DNA of 64,000 nt, taken from the NCBI RefSeq assembly GCF_006345805.1, contig NC_043006.1:10540001-10604000 (forward strand), in the 5' to 3' direction. Source of the stretch: Octopus sinensis. Its lineage: Eukaryota. The position numbers and the translations under genes were made by a program. The notes beneath the pieces are model-generated. The model was not told the DNA's origin. It saw only the letters and a list, made by a program, of their open reading frames with translations, and ran no database searches. This document shows, piece after piece, positions 52,771 to 64,000 of this stretch; position 1 is the first letter of the stretch; each line of letters begins with the position of its first letter.

Positions 52771-53162
52771 CTAGCAGTATCGCCCGGCGTTGCTCGGGTT
52801 TGTAAGGGAAATAACTATAAAGCATTTTTAGAGAGTTATAGCCAAAAAATAGCAAAAAAAGGGAAAAAAAATTATGGTAATTTTTTTTGAGAGTAAAAAA
52901 GGTCGAGTTGCGTCCCCTAGACAGTCTGTGGTTTGTGTTTCTGATTCTCGACCCCATGTCGAATTTATCGATTTTTTTTCAGAACTGGGGGAACTTTTCA
53001 AAATTTTCTCTGCGTTAGTTTTGAATTATGACATTGGGCTATGTGTGTGTCAAGTTTCATCAGAATCGGTTGAAAGCCGTGGTCAGGGTGAGGGTACAAC
53101 CTAACAGACACACAGACACACAGACACGCACACAGACAAACTGCCGTTTATATATAGAGAGA
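52771..53162 (-). mobile_element. Non-autonomous Helitron, complete
   Basis: Minus strand A|TCtctctatatataaacggc ... cccgagcaacgccggg cgatactg CTAG|T. Confidence 0.9.
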
Positions 53163-54434
53163 TGGATGTGTGGTTCACGCCAAAGATCGTGACGAAGAAT
53201 TATAGCAATATATAACGATCCTAAACAATGAGGAATTTATTTTACTTTCAATATATATGTGAAAAGGCTTGTGAAATTGAACATACAACATATGCAAACA
53301 GATGTGAGTACCTGGTTGGTGGATGTGACCATCAAGTCCACCAACATAGATGACAAAATTATTATAGACGTGCACTGGTTGCACCAGAAGAAATAGTCGG
53401 GGATGATGCCACAGCTTTCAGTCCCAAGGAAGCATAAGATAATCGAAGATATTTCTCTCCTAATCTACCTGCCAGACAGCATCAGTTGAGATATAGAAAG
53501 GTAGAAGGCCAAAACGGACCGATTCCTCTTTTCATAAAGAACAATGTCATGAGTGTTTTATTAGTGAATCCCACGAAACTGTTCTTTCTTTCATTGCAAT
53601 AATATCGCGTGAGCCTTTTTAAAGGCTCAGTCACCTTTGGGTACATTCAAGATTTCTGTTTCAGGTGACTGTCAAAGAGGGCAACAAAATAGATCCTGCA
53701 GGACACCTAATTCCCCACAAACGCCCACTATCAAAGATACATATGTTATGACAATTTTGGGTTCTCCGAGCCAGCTTCAAGGTAGAAATTATCTGCATAT
53801 GTTTGAGATTCTGGTGAACGAACGGTAAACGGGATGCAGGATGTCCAAAATTCCATATCCTTAAAGTAATTCACTGAAAACACGGGAATTTGTGAACACC
53901 AACTCTAGCGCCTCCATCAGAATGTAGCAGAATCTTAATGTCACTGGTATGAGCAAATAATGAAATAACAAGATATGATATTTGGGGACGGTTAAATAAA
54001 AGTTATTTACATTACAATAACAAATGCCAAAAAACTCTAGTCACGTCTAAACAGTTGTTCCAACTTTTGTTTAATCTACGCATAAATATATGTTAAAATT
54101 TATTCATAAGTTGTTTTCCTGAACATATGCAGATGTAAATATGCAAATTCGACCGATATTGTTTAAAGATATAGATCATTTTCAAACTATTATTACCCAA
54201 GATTCTAACTAAAACTTTGAAAGAAATAATAACCATTTTCTCTACGTTATGAACGAAATTAGTAAATAACACAACTCACCGAAAAAAACAATTACTTCAT
54301 AATATTATGAGGTATTTGCAGGTGATCATAATTAGCAATATCTGGTCGAATCGCATCGATCTCTTTGCACATGTGAATTGGTATATCTTGGAGTAATGGT
54401 ATGTTATCATTCCTTGATACCTGTTTCAATTGTA

Positions 54435-54845
54435 TACTCTTTTTACTCTCTTTTACTTGTTTCAGTCATTTGACAGCGGCCATGCTGGAGCACCGCCTTT
54501 AGTCGAGCAAATCGACCCCGGGACTTATTCTTTGTAAGCCCAGTACTTATTCTATCGGTCTCTTTTGCCGAACCGCTAAGTGACGGGGACGTGAACACAC
54601 CAGCATCGGTTGTCAAGCAATGCTAGGTGGACAAACACAGACACACAAACACACACACATACATATATATATACATATATACGACAGGCTTCTTTCAGTT
54701 TCCGTCTACCAAATCCACTCACAAGGCATTGGTCGGCCCGGGGCTTTAGCAGAAGACTCTTGCCCAAGATACCACGCAGTGGGACTGAACCCGGAACCAC
54801 GTGGTTGGTTAGCAAGCTACTTACCACACAGCCACTCCTGCGCCT
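54435..54845 (-). mobile_element. SINE family B
   Basis: Full-length match to the other family B copies. Confidence 0.92.
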
Positions 54846-55094
54846 ATATGCATATATTCATTCTTTCTTGCGGTAATACTTTAAGTCTTTGTAGCTGAAA
54901 CCTTTAAGCGTCGAAATGAATGCGTTGCAGGCTTGTCTATCTCGTTTCTCTTTCTTCGCTTTCTTTCCCACATTTTTTGTAAACCCATATTAAAATTGTA
55001 AACTGCCCCTCTTGCTGATATCTCTGTAGCAAATATATGAAATTACCATCATCATCATCGTCATCTTCATCGTCGCTGTTGTCGTCATTATCAT

Positions 55095-55380
55095 TCTTAT
55101 GGTTTGTTTCGCTTTGCTTGTATTTATAGAAGCCGCCCCCAAATCTCAAGCAGAGACGTCAAGAGACAACAGGTTTTTTGCATCTTAAGTAGTAAAACAG
55201 TTGAGGTGCCGTACACTTGAGTCAACAGATGTGAGTCTTCATATATTTTTCAATCCTGGAATAAATTAGATTATACAAAACATGTAAGTGCTCATGAGTA
55301 TGGTCTTTTGCAATTTAATTTGAAGCTTCCAGAAATTTGGTCAACACATTTGTTTGCTCCTTCTCATGTCATTCTGATTG
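55095..55380 (-). mobile_element. Old R4/Dong 3' end fragment
   Basis: EGANKCVDQISGS...LQKTILMST. The UTR segment cagagacgtcaagagacaacaggtt matches 56155-56180; degenerate (GAT/AAT)n tail. Confidence 0.7.
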
Positions 55381-55417
55381 TATTATTATTAATAGTATTA
55401 TTATTATTATTATTATT

Positions 55418-56051
55418 GAGTGAGAGAGCAATTCATGCCATCAAAGTGACATTGGGGTAAAATATACGAAGCCCAATATACCCATCATGACTACCCGTCT
55501 GATAAGGGTACACAAGGCACATGCATCACAACCATATGTGCGCGACATGGTGATCTCATATCAAGATAAACAGCGCATGACCTTGCAGGTGGGGCCCAGT
55601 TAGAATTTTCTTCAGGTTGAGTAGCCCATCCCGCTCAAAGGGTCCCTGAATAAGGGTTGTTTAAGGATGTTGAACGAAACACCTATGTTTCCAGAGGTGA
55701 ATTATTCAAACCCCAAAGAATCCTTCTCAACACATGGCTATGATGCTCCCCCACTACTTATGCTCGTGATCAGAGATGCACATATCGTCAGCCACTAAGG
55801 GACATGCTCAACTGGTTAAGGTCAAACAACTGACAAGCAAATCTGTGGTATTGAGCAGAATATTTGCTGTAGCCCATCTTTTATACCAAGACAAAACAAT
55901 GTACATGATAACACTTCCAATCAGTTAAGATCAGAAGCCATGAGAGCCACTGCCTGGTACTGCATCAGGGCATGGTACTGCATCAGGGCATGGTACTGCA
56001 TCAGGGCATTTATGGTACTGCATCAGGGCATTTAGTACTGCATCAGGGCAT
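55418..56051 (-). mobile_element. ~550-bp non-coding retroposon in (TAA)n, copy 2, with reiterated end
   Basis: Matches 4499-5047; five tandem copies of gtactgcatcagggcat at 55957-56051. Confidence 0.85.
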
Positions 56052-56052
56052 A

Positions 56053-56105
<53 letters not shown>

Positions 56106-56106
<1 letters not shown>

Positions 56107-56343
56107 GTTTGACTTTTGTTTTATATTTGTACAAGTTGGCTCCAAGTCTCACCCAGAGACTTCAAGAGACAACAGGTTGGACGTTCGTGATGTTGTTATG
56201 CCTAGTGTACCATATATTTGGTTTTGTATTTAGTGTTGTACTAGTGAATGTTAAAAAAATGTTTGTTTTAAAACTTGAGATTATATAGAAAGTATTTTGC
56301 GTAGGGAGTTTGTTTTAAAATTTGAGATTATATAGAAACTATT
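56106..56343 (-). mobile_element. R4/Dong 3' UTR fragment in (TAA)n
   Basis: Matches 3180-3360; the 5' junction ~35 bp is duplicated; flanked by (TAT)n. Confidence 0.8.
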
Positions 56344-56356
56344 ATTATTACTATTA

Positions 56357-56400
<44 letters not shown>

Positions 56401-56403
<3 letters not shown>

Positions 56404-56709
56404 TAGTTTTATTTTTATAGCGTGCTTTCACTTCACTACCGAGCGCAGCTCTGTGTGCCTTGGGTATGTGCTGTGATTTGTTGTGATGCTCTGATGGTTA
56501 TTGTATGGAAAGTGTTCTGCGTAGGATGTGTGCAGTGCCTAGTAGTGCAATTTTCTGTATGTTATATGTGTTTGTAAGTCCTGGTGTTTTTGTTATGTAT
56601 TTGTCTGAATATTTTTTTATCATGCCTAATGCACCTACTATGATAGGAATTGTTTCTGTTTTCAGGTTCCACATTCTAGTTACCTCTATTTCCAGGTCTT
56701 TGTATTTTG

Positions 56710-56710
<1 letters not shown>
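56401..56710 (-). mobile_element. 5'-truncated R4/Dong element (ORF C-terminus and 3' UTR) in (TAA)n
   Basis: Minus strand reads KYKDLEIEVTRMWNLKTETIPIIVGALGMIKKYSDKYITKTPGLTNIYNIQKIALLGTAHILRRTLSIQ* without disruption; (TAT)n on both sides. Confidence 0.9.
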
Positions 56711-56768
<58 letters not shown>

Positions 56769-56803
56769 CATCATTTTAATTTTTATTATTACTATAATTT
56801 TAA

Positions 56804-56868
<65 letters not shown>

Positions 56869-58067
56869 ATCAATGAATCCGACTAGAATCGCTTCTTCTT
56901 TCGTCCGAAATAATACAGAATAACTTCTTTTCGGTATGTTTCATTATTATGCAGAGTTTTCACTACTTAAAATAATTGAGGAACAAAATACATAAATTTA
57001 TTCTATTCAGGAGGATATGGCGTAGATATGTGTTCATTTTAGTTAAGAAATTTATGTAGATTCATCGGAAAATATCCTGAAAAGAAAATTATCAGTTTTA
57101 GGTCATTGTTGATCCAGTTAGTGTAATAAAAGGTATATCCCTTTGTGCGAAAGATGGAATATTCTATTTAAAATCAATGCATGAATCAAATAACACTCCA
57201 GCCCAATATCATCAACTGAATTATTAAACAAACTTACTGAGATGAATATTAAATTACTTTTCCCTAATGTAATTATAGCAATTTGCTTTTTATTATTCTT
57301 TTCCTTTTTGCCTGTCAGTCACAGTTAAAGCTTACGAAATCAACGGTGTACCAATTCAAGTCGGAGAGACTTTTAGCAATCGAAACACTTCGGGCACCTA
57401 AATTTAATTATGATAATAATTGATGTCTTTTGCTATTCGTAAGATTAGCAATGTTCACTTGTAATCATGATTATGGAAATAATATACTCGAATTGATAGC
57501 ATAAAGTTATTCTTAAAATATTTGGACTTGGATTTGCTATAATAATTTTTTGTGCATACTAGCAGGAAAGCAATGTTGCTTATCAGCACCGTTAGAGACT
57601 GGGCGTTATCATGATTCTTAGCATCATGAGGGCAAAGTTACATATTAGTACGGTATTCTAAATTTCATCAGTGGATTAAAGCTACAACTTCAAATACCAC
57701 AGGAGAGAGAAAAGAAGAAAAACAAGACTTTCGAGAATGTTGTGTGTGCGCGCGCGTGTGTGTTTTCTGCCTTCAAATTAGTTCCTCTGCGATTTTGGAT
57801 GGTAAGATGTCAAGTAGTTTCTTTAAACCATATACTCCAACTCCATGGAGATCCCTCGGATGCTTTTGGCAAGGAGTTAAATATCTGTGGCCCCTTAAAT
57901 TCCAAGCTATTGCAGTACATTTTCATATATATATATATATATATCAAGTGATCACCTGATCGAGCAGACCATCGGATGTTGTTACACATCGCTGGTCACA
58001 ATGCGTTCGCATTGTTTTAGCCTTCGAATGACGCCACCCTGCTGGCTAAGCGAGCGGGCTAATATAT

Positions 58068-58112
<45 letters not shown>

Positions 58113-58115
<3 letters not shown>

Positions 58116-58508
58116 CTCTTTTACTCTTTTACTTGTTTCAGTCATTTGACTGCGGCCATGCTGGAGCACCACCTTTAATCGAGCAACTCGACACCGGGAC
58201 TTATTCTTTTGTAAGCCCAGTACTTATTATATTGGTCTCTTTTGCCGAACCGCTAAGTAACGGGGACATAAACACACCAGCATCGGTTGTCAAGCAATGC
58301 TAGGGGGACAAACACAGACACACAAACACACACACGCATATATATACATATATACGACGGGCTTCTTTCAGTTTCCGTCTACCAAATCCACTCACAAGGC
58401 TTTGGTCGGCCCGAGGCTATAGTAGAAGACACTTGCCCAAGGTGCCACGCAGCGGGAATGAACCCGGAACCATGTGGTTGGTAAACAAGCTACTTACCAC
58501 ACAGCCAC
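58113..58508 (-). mobile_element. SINE family B
   Basis: Match to 23421-23820. Confidence 0.92.
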
Positions 58509-58522
58509 TATATATATATATC

Positions 58523-58666
58523 AGGAGTGGCTATAGGCGCAGGAGTGATTTGTTTGGTAAGTAGCTTGCCTACCAACCATGTGGTTCTGGGAAAGTGTCT
58601 TCTGCTATAGCCTAGGGCCGACTAAAGTCTTGTAAGTGGATTGGTTGATGGAAACTGAGACACCCG

Positions 58667-58710
<44 letters not shown>

Positions 58711-58892
58711 GTATATGTTTGTGTGTTTCTGTCTGCCTCCGCACAATCGCTTGACAGCCGATGTTTGGGTGTCTATAGCGTAATCTACCGGTTCGACAAA
58801 ATACACCGATATAAGTTCTGGAGTTTATTTCTTCGACTAAAGGCTGTGCTCCAGGATGGCTGCTGTCAGATGACCGAAGCAAATAAAGAGTA
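58523..58892 (+). mobile_element. SINE family B, diverged copy
   Basis: aggcgcaggagtg...ggtaagtagcttgc...gaccgaagcaaataaagag. Confidence 0.8.
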
Positions 58893-58899
58893 AACAATG

Positions 58900-59153
<254 letters not shown>

Positions 59154-59840
59154 AAGTTTTGGGGAGTGTTAAACGAGATGAAACGAGCGCTATAAAACGT
59201 ACGTACTTTTTATTATTTATAATAGGAGGTTAGAACACGGATCAATAGTCGAATGTCTCATCTGAAAATTGACATAAATGAAATTCTTGTCCATATAATC
59301 ACTTTGTAGCTTAAACTTTCTGCCGATTTAAATACATATGTTTATGTTTGTAGGTTTATAGGTAATGAATAAATTTGTACATATGTATGTGCGTAATAAA
59401 TACAGACGAACGTGTTACCTGTTAGTGCAATAACTATGTCATGAATATTCTTTATGGTAACATAAACGTCGTACAGTCAGGTATGTATTATGCACGATTA
59501 TATAATGCGTTATGCAACTCTGAACCCTTCAGACTTACCGAATATACCAACCAGTATTGTAACGTTTGTTAATTAACAGATCGACAGGTGAAATTTTTAA
59601 TCAGAATTACCAGTGTTTAAGAATGTTTTGTCAGACCTTAATCTGTCAATTACGTTGATGGATAGCAGAACGAGAGTGTAAATTAAAGAACAGTTAAATT
59701 GCAATAATGGCGTTTATAGTGATTATAATTATAATGATAATAATTGCAAAAGTTATACGGATAATACGAGCAGTTTCATTAACATTGATATTAGGTACAT
59801 TACTCGATAAAAAAATAACCATCAGGTGAAGTAACATATA

Positions 59841-60756
59841 CAGGGTGTCCATAATTTTTTTTACAATTTAAAAATTTCATTACCAGGTAGTTGACAAGAT
59901 ATCTTAACCAGATTTGTTTTATTGTAATAATTGTTTATTAAAGTTTTTTTAGCTGTTATTTAATAGACCTCAATATGGGCACCATTAGTTGCGAGAGGCA
60001 CATCAAGACGGTACTCGATTTCTTGCCATGTTCGCTGTAGGTTAGCCTCATCAACTGTGGCAATGGCATTACGAATCCTTTGCTTCAAATCAGCAATGTC
60101 CCGTATCTTTGTTTGATACACGATATCTTCTACATAACCCCATAAATAGAAGTCCAAGGGAGTGATATCTGGAGAATACGGTGGCCATGGAATTGGCCCA
60201 TCTCTTCCAATCCATCGGTCTGAAAATGTCTGATTGAGGAACTGACAAACATGCCGTCCTGAATGTGGTGGTGCACCATTTTGATGGAAAATGATGGCTG
60301 GTTGTAAATCAATCAGTTGTAGTGCCACATATTCGGTCAGAAGGTCGAGGTAAACTTTTGCAGTAATTGTGGCCTCGTTGAAGAAAAATGGACCAATTAT
60401 TCGATTGCACATGATTCCACACCACACATTCCCTTTTGGACTATCCCGTTGAATCCCCTAGTCACAGGGGGCTGTTCTGATCCCCAGATTCTCACATTGT
60501 GTCTGTTTAATTTCCCTGAAACATGAAAGTCGCATTGTCACTAAAACAAACTCGCTTGAGGTATGATTCATCCTCATTTCATAGGGGTTCAGTGAATCAG
60601 TCTCCTTCCATCAACAGAGTTTCTGAAACACAAAAATTCAATATCAATAAAAACTTTAATAAAACATTATTAAAATAAAATAAATCTGGTTAAAATATCT
60701 CAACTGCCTTTGTAATAATTTTTTTGAAATTGTAAAGAGACTTTATGGACACCCTG
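59841..60756 (-). mobile_element. Internally deleted Tc1/mariner element of the DD41D (rosa) type with ~105-bp TIRs
   Basis: TA-cagggtgtccataa ... ttatggacaccctg-TA. Similarity between the ends extends ~105 bp. The N-terminal DNA-binding region is missing. Confidence 0.88.
59960..60550 (-). pseudogene. DD41D transposase catalytic-domain remnant
   Basis: VWCG...IIGPFFF...FHQNGAPPH...RWIGR...WPPYSPDITPLDFYLWG. There are 41 residues between the second catalytic position (here N) and the final D. Confidence 0.85.
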
Positions 60757-61516
60757 TATAATAATAAGAAACACAACAAAAGTAATAATACTAGATATAC
60801 TGGTGTGAATATTTGTAGTAATTCTTCCGGCAAGAACTACAACTGATGTAATAATAGTAGTAATGATAACTAATATAGTCATTTTCGGGACTAAGTGTTG
60901 TTTATTATAACTGCCCTATGAACGATGGTAATTCAAGTGGTGATGACATGCCTAACACGCATAACAATTGTGCTGCTCACTTGTATTGCATAATTGCATG
61001 AGTTCTGTAATCTACAATATTTCAATACTGATGTTATCTAGATTATACAACTGATTTTATGAAGAAATTTCCATGCCCACGAGGAAATAAATGTGTGATT
61101 AAAGCCATTGCGTATAATTATAATGTTAAAATAAATCTACATACTTTCACTTACATATGTCTACCACCTTTTCAATTTTTAATTTTAGAAAATATTATCC
61201 TTTTCATACATTTAGAATGAGAAATAAATCATAAACTATATCGCTCTCCATGAAGGTTTGAGAGTGAAAGGACGCAAATATGAATTTTCTAGTATTTTCG
61301 GTCGCAATCTCTGCTGATTAGAATTGTTGAAAATCTTAAAATGCACGGTTGATGCTATTCATAGAGCTGCTGATGTAAGGATCCTATGCCCACATTCTAC
61401 TTTTAGAAGTTTCTTATGCTTTGAAAAGATTCTATAACGTCTTCCGCAACTGCTAGATATTTATCTATAACTCTAATAATTACTAATAATTGATTTGTGG
61501 TGTATACTGAAACACC

Positions 61517-61739
61517 CTCTCCTTTACTCCTTTACTTGTTTCAGTCATTTGACTGCGGCCATGCTGGATCACCGCCTTTTAGTCGAGCAACTCGACCCCG
61601 GGACTTATTATTCTTGTAAGCCCAGTACTTATTCTATCGGTCTCTTTTTGCCGAACCGCTAAGTGACGGGCACGTAAACACACCAGCATCGGTTGTCAAG
61701 CAATGCTAGGGGAACAAACACAGACACACAAACACACAA

Positions 61740-61772
<33 letters not shown>

Positions 61773-61936
61773 CGACAGGCTTCTTTCAGTTTCCGTCTAC
61801 CAAATCCACTCACAAGGCATTGGTCGGCCCGGGGCTATAGCAGAAGACACTTGCCCAAGATGCCATGCAGTGGGACTGACCCCAGAACCATGTGGTTGGT
61901 AAACAAGCTACTTGCTACACAGCCACTCCTGCGCCT
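61517..61936 (-). mobile_element. SINE family B
   Basis: Full-length match to the other family B copies. Confidence 0.92.
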
Positions 61937-63839
61937 ATTAATGCATTCAGTTCTAAAGACATGCACCGAAGATAGAAATTTAATGAAATTTGAATTTATA
62001 TAATTTAATTTCCAATGTATATTTAATTTGCCCCTAGTTTCAGGTGATATATTTATAACGTTTTGTTCAGCATCTCTAGTTATGGCCTTTAAAATTCTGC
62101 ATGATCCGTTGTAATCCTATGGGATTATATTTAAGTTTATTAGTATTTAAGCCTTTATGGCCTTCGCAGTTCTTATAAATCCTTTTAACATTTTTTAAAG
62201 ACTCACCATCATTTTAAAATGTAGTAGACAGCTACCCATTAAAATTTTAAGTAGTTTCTTTATAAACAATAATACAATGTCGATATTGTTTAATAGAAAC
62301 GCTGCAATCCATTCTTCTTGTTATTAATTGAAAATATCGGTTGTGATATTCCTTCTCTATTACCTCAGGCCTTTCAACACGTATCTTCATTACGTTTCTA
62401 TAAATGATATCTCTAAATCTCTATATTCAGCAAACATGAATTTAACAAACAAAAACTTGGCACTGATTATTGCTCAAACCATTGTCATTCGTCAAATATA
62501 CACATTTACTTGTTTATGCTAATGTTGATTACATACTTTATTATATTTATCCTATATTCTGTTTCTATTTAAAATTGATGAATTATGATTTTTGGCATTA
62601 AGATTCTATCTTTTTATACTATCATTTTTCCTTTTCTTTCCTCTACTTTTTCCCTCTCTCTCTCACTTTCCTCTGAAGCTTCGCAGAGACCGTCGCTTTT
62701 CTTTATAGTTTTGTTTAAGTTATTTCCCTTAAAGTATAATTACCTGGATCTCCGTAAATTTATTCTTATTTTGAGAAAATTATAATACTTTAATGTAATA
62801 CATCTTGATGGTGATATTGTCGGTGAGGTTTGCCGTGGAAAATTTAACATTAAAATAAATATTTTATGTTTTCCTATTCTCTGATTATAATAGAGTAAAA
62901 TATTGTTATACAAGTGTATCTTTTTTGTTTTAATAGTTAAATATATATATTGTTCTACACTGCTGACCCAGACGTAATTTCAAATCAATTCTGATGTGAC
63001 AGCTCCAGGCATTATTTTGATATTTTCATTAATTGCTTGAAAAACTTGTTATGTTTCCAACGAATCATCTTTTCTTGTTAAAACATAATTACTGCTGGCA
63101 TTTCTTTAAAAACCACCACCAATATTAATAATAATAATATTAACAACAACATATATAATTATATTTATAAGAATGATATCTACAGTATCAACATAGACAG
63201 TGTCATCATTATAAACAAAGTCATGTAGCGTTGCGACAACAAACCTACATCAGAAATAACAACATAGAAGTCTAAACATGCGGCCATGTTTTTTCCGCAC
63301 TCTCAGCGTCTTATCTGAGGAATAACCTAAGCGTGGATTATAAACTTACAATTTAACAAAGAATATTTTATAATAGATTAGATCCCTTTTCAAATATTCA
63401 GTTTCAATACTTGAATGACTACCATCACATTGTATTCATTTTCTTATCAACGGTCGGTGAGGCGACTACAGGCTTGCCCTTCTTTTGAAATAGGGAGATC
63501 CTATTTTTGATGTTTGCTGGATGATGAAAACTTGACCACAGAATTAATTTAAGAATGAATTGAATTAATTTCTCTCAGTTAATCTGTAATTTCCCGGACA
63601 CCTTGAGAGCGGACACATCGAATCACTGGTAGCAATACAGGACCTATTTCCAATACATGAAGAGTTCAAGAGTGACAGAGTTACCTCGCGCATCTATAAA
63701 ACAGAGCAACATACAGATTCTTTCGTGGTCTCGTACACTTCAATCTACATTGCAAAAATATAAATTTTTATCTGCGATTTTGATATTACAATACTTATCA
63801 GTTGTGTCTGCGGAGAGTCATTTTTTTTTGTGCCTTATA

Positions 63840-64000
63840 ATATAACACACTCACCGGTAAAATTTCCACTTCTTTTTTATTATTTTTATTTTCCTAAAAT
63901 AAAGAGTCAAAACTATTGAAAAGGTTGCAAGATGCAACGAAAATTTTAGGAAAATAAAAATAAGAAAAAAGGGGAAATTTTACCGGTGAGTGTGTTATAT
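63840..64000. repeat. ~60-bp inverted repeat with 42-nt spacer (may extend past the window edge)
   Basis: atataacacactcaccggtaaaatttcc...ttttcctaaaat versus attttaggaaaa...ggaaattttaccggtgagtgtgttatat. Confidence 0.9.

Noticed and set aside
51900-53600. Purine-rich broken frames resembling a LINE ORF1, interrupted by the Helitron
   Set aside because: No recognisable conserved domain, so neither family nor boundaries can be supported.
55957-56051. Short direct repeats superficially like a CRISPR array
   Set aside because: No unique spacers, no cas genes, eukaryotic context; the repeats are the reiterated end of a retroposon.

Overview
AT-rich, microsatellite-dense eukaryotic DNA with no recognisable intact host protein-coding gene, so it is probably intergenic or intronic. 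The repeat make-up suggests an animal genome, probably an octopus or other coleoid cephalopod (inference, not a database match). Nearly everything identifiable is transposable-element material: at least five tRNA-derived SINE families; two full-length but decayed mariners; an internally deleted DD41D (rosa-type) element; MITEs; non-autonomous Helitrons and HINE-like elements; and fossils of RTE, CR1, R4/Dong and Penelope retrotransposons. Most long ORFs in the supplied track are microsatellite artefacts. The most interesting signal is a set of short non-coding inserts, mostly inside (TA)n tracts and with no similarity to each other that I could see, that carry minimal type I hammerhead ribozyme folds. 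Two look near-intact (22157-22218 +, 31950-32001 -) and several are decayed. Some have Penelope-style inverted ends, and one is fused to an inverted copy of nearby flanking DNA. A second system is a (TAA)n-targeting R4/Dong cluster with a 550-bp non-coding companion element. All alignments, translations and folds were done by eye.
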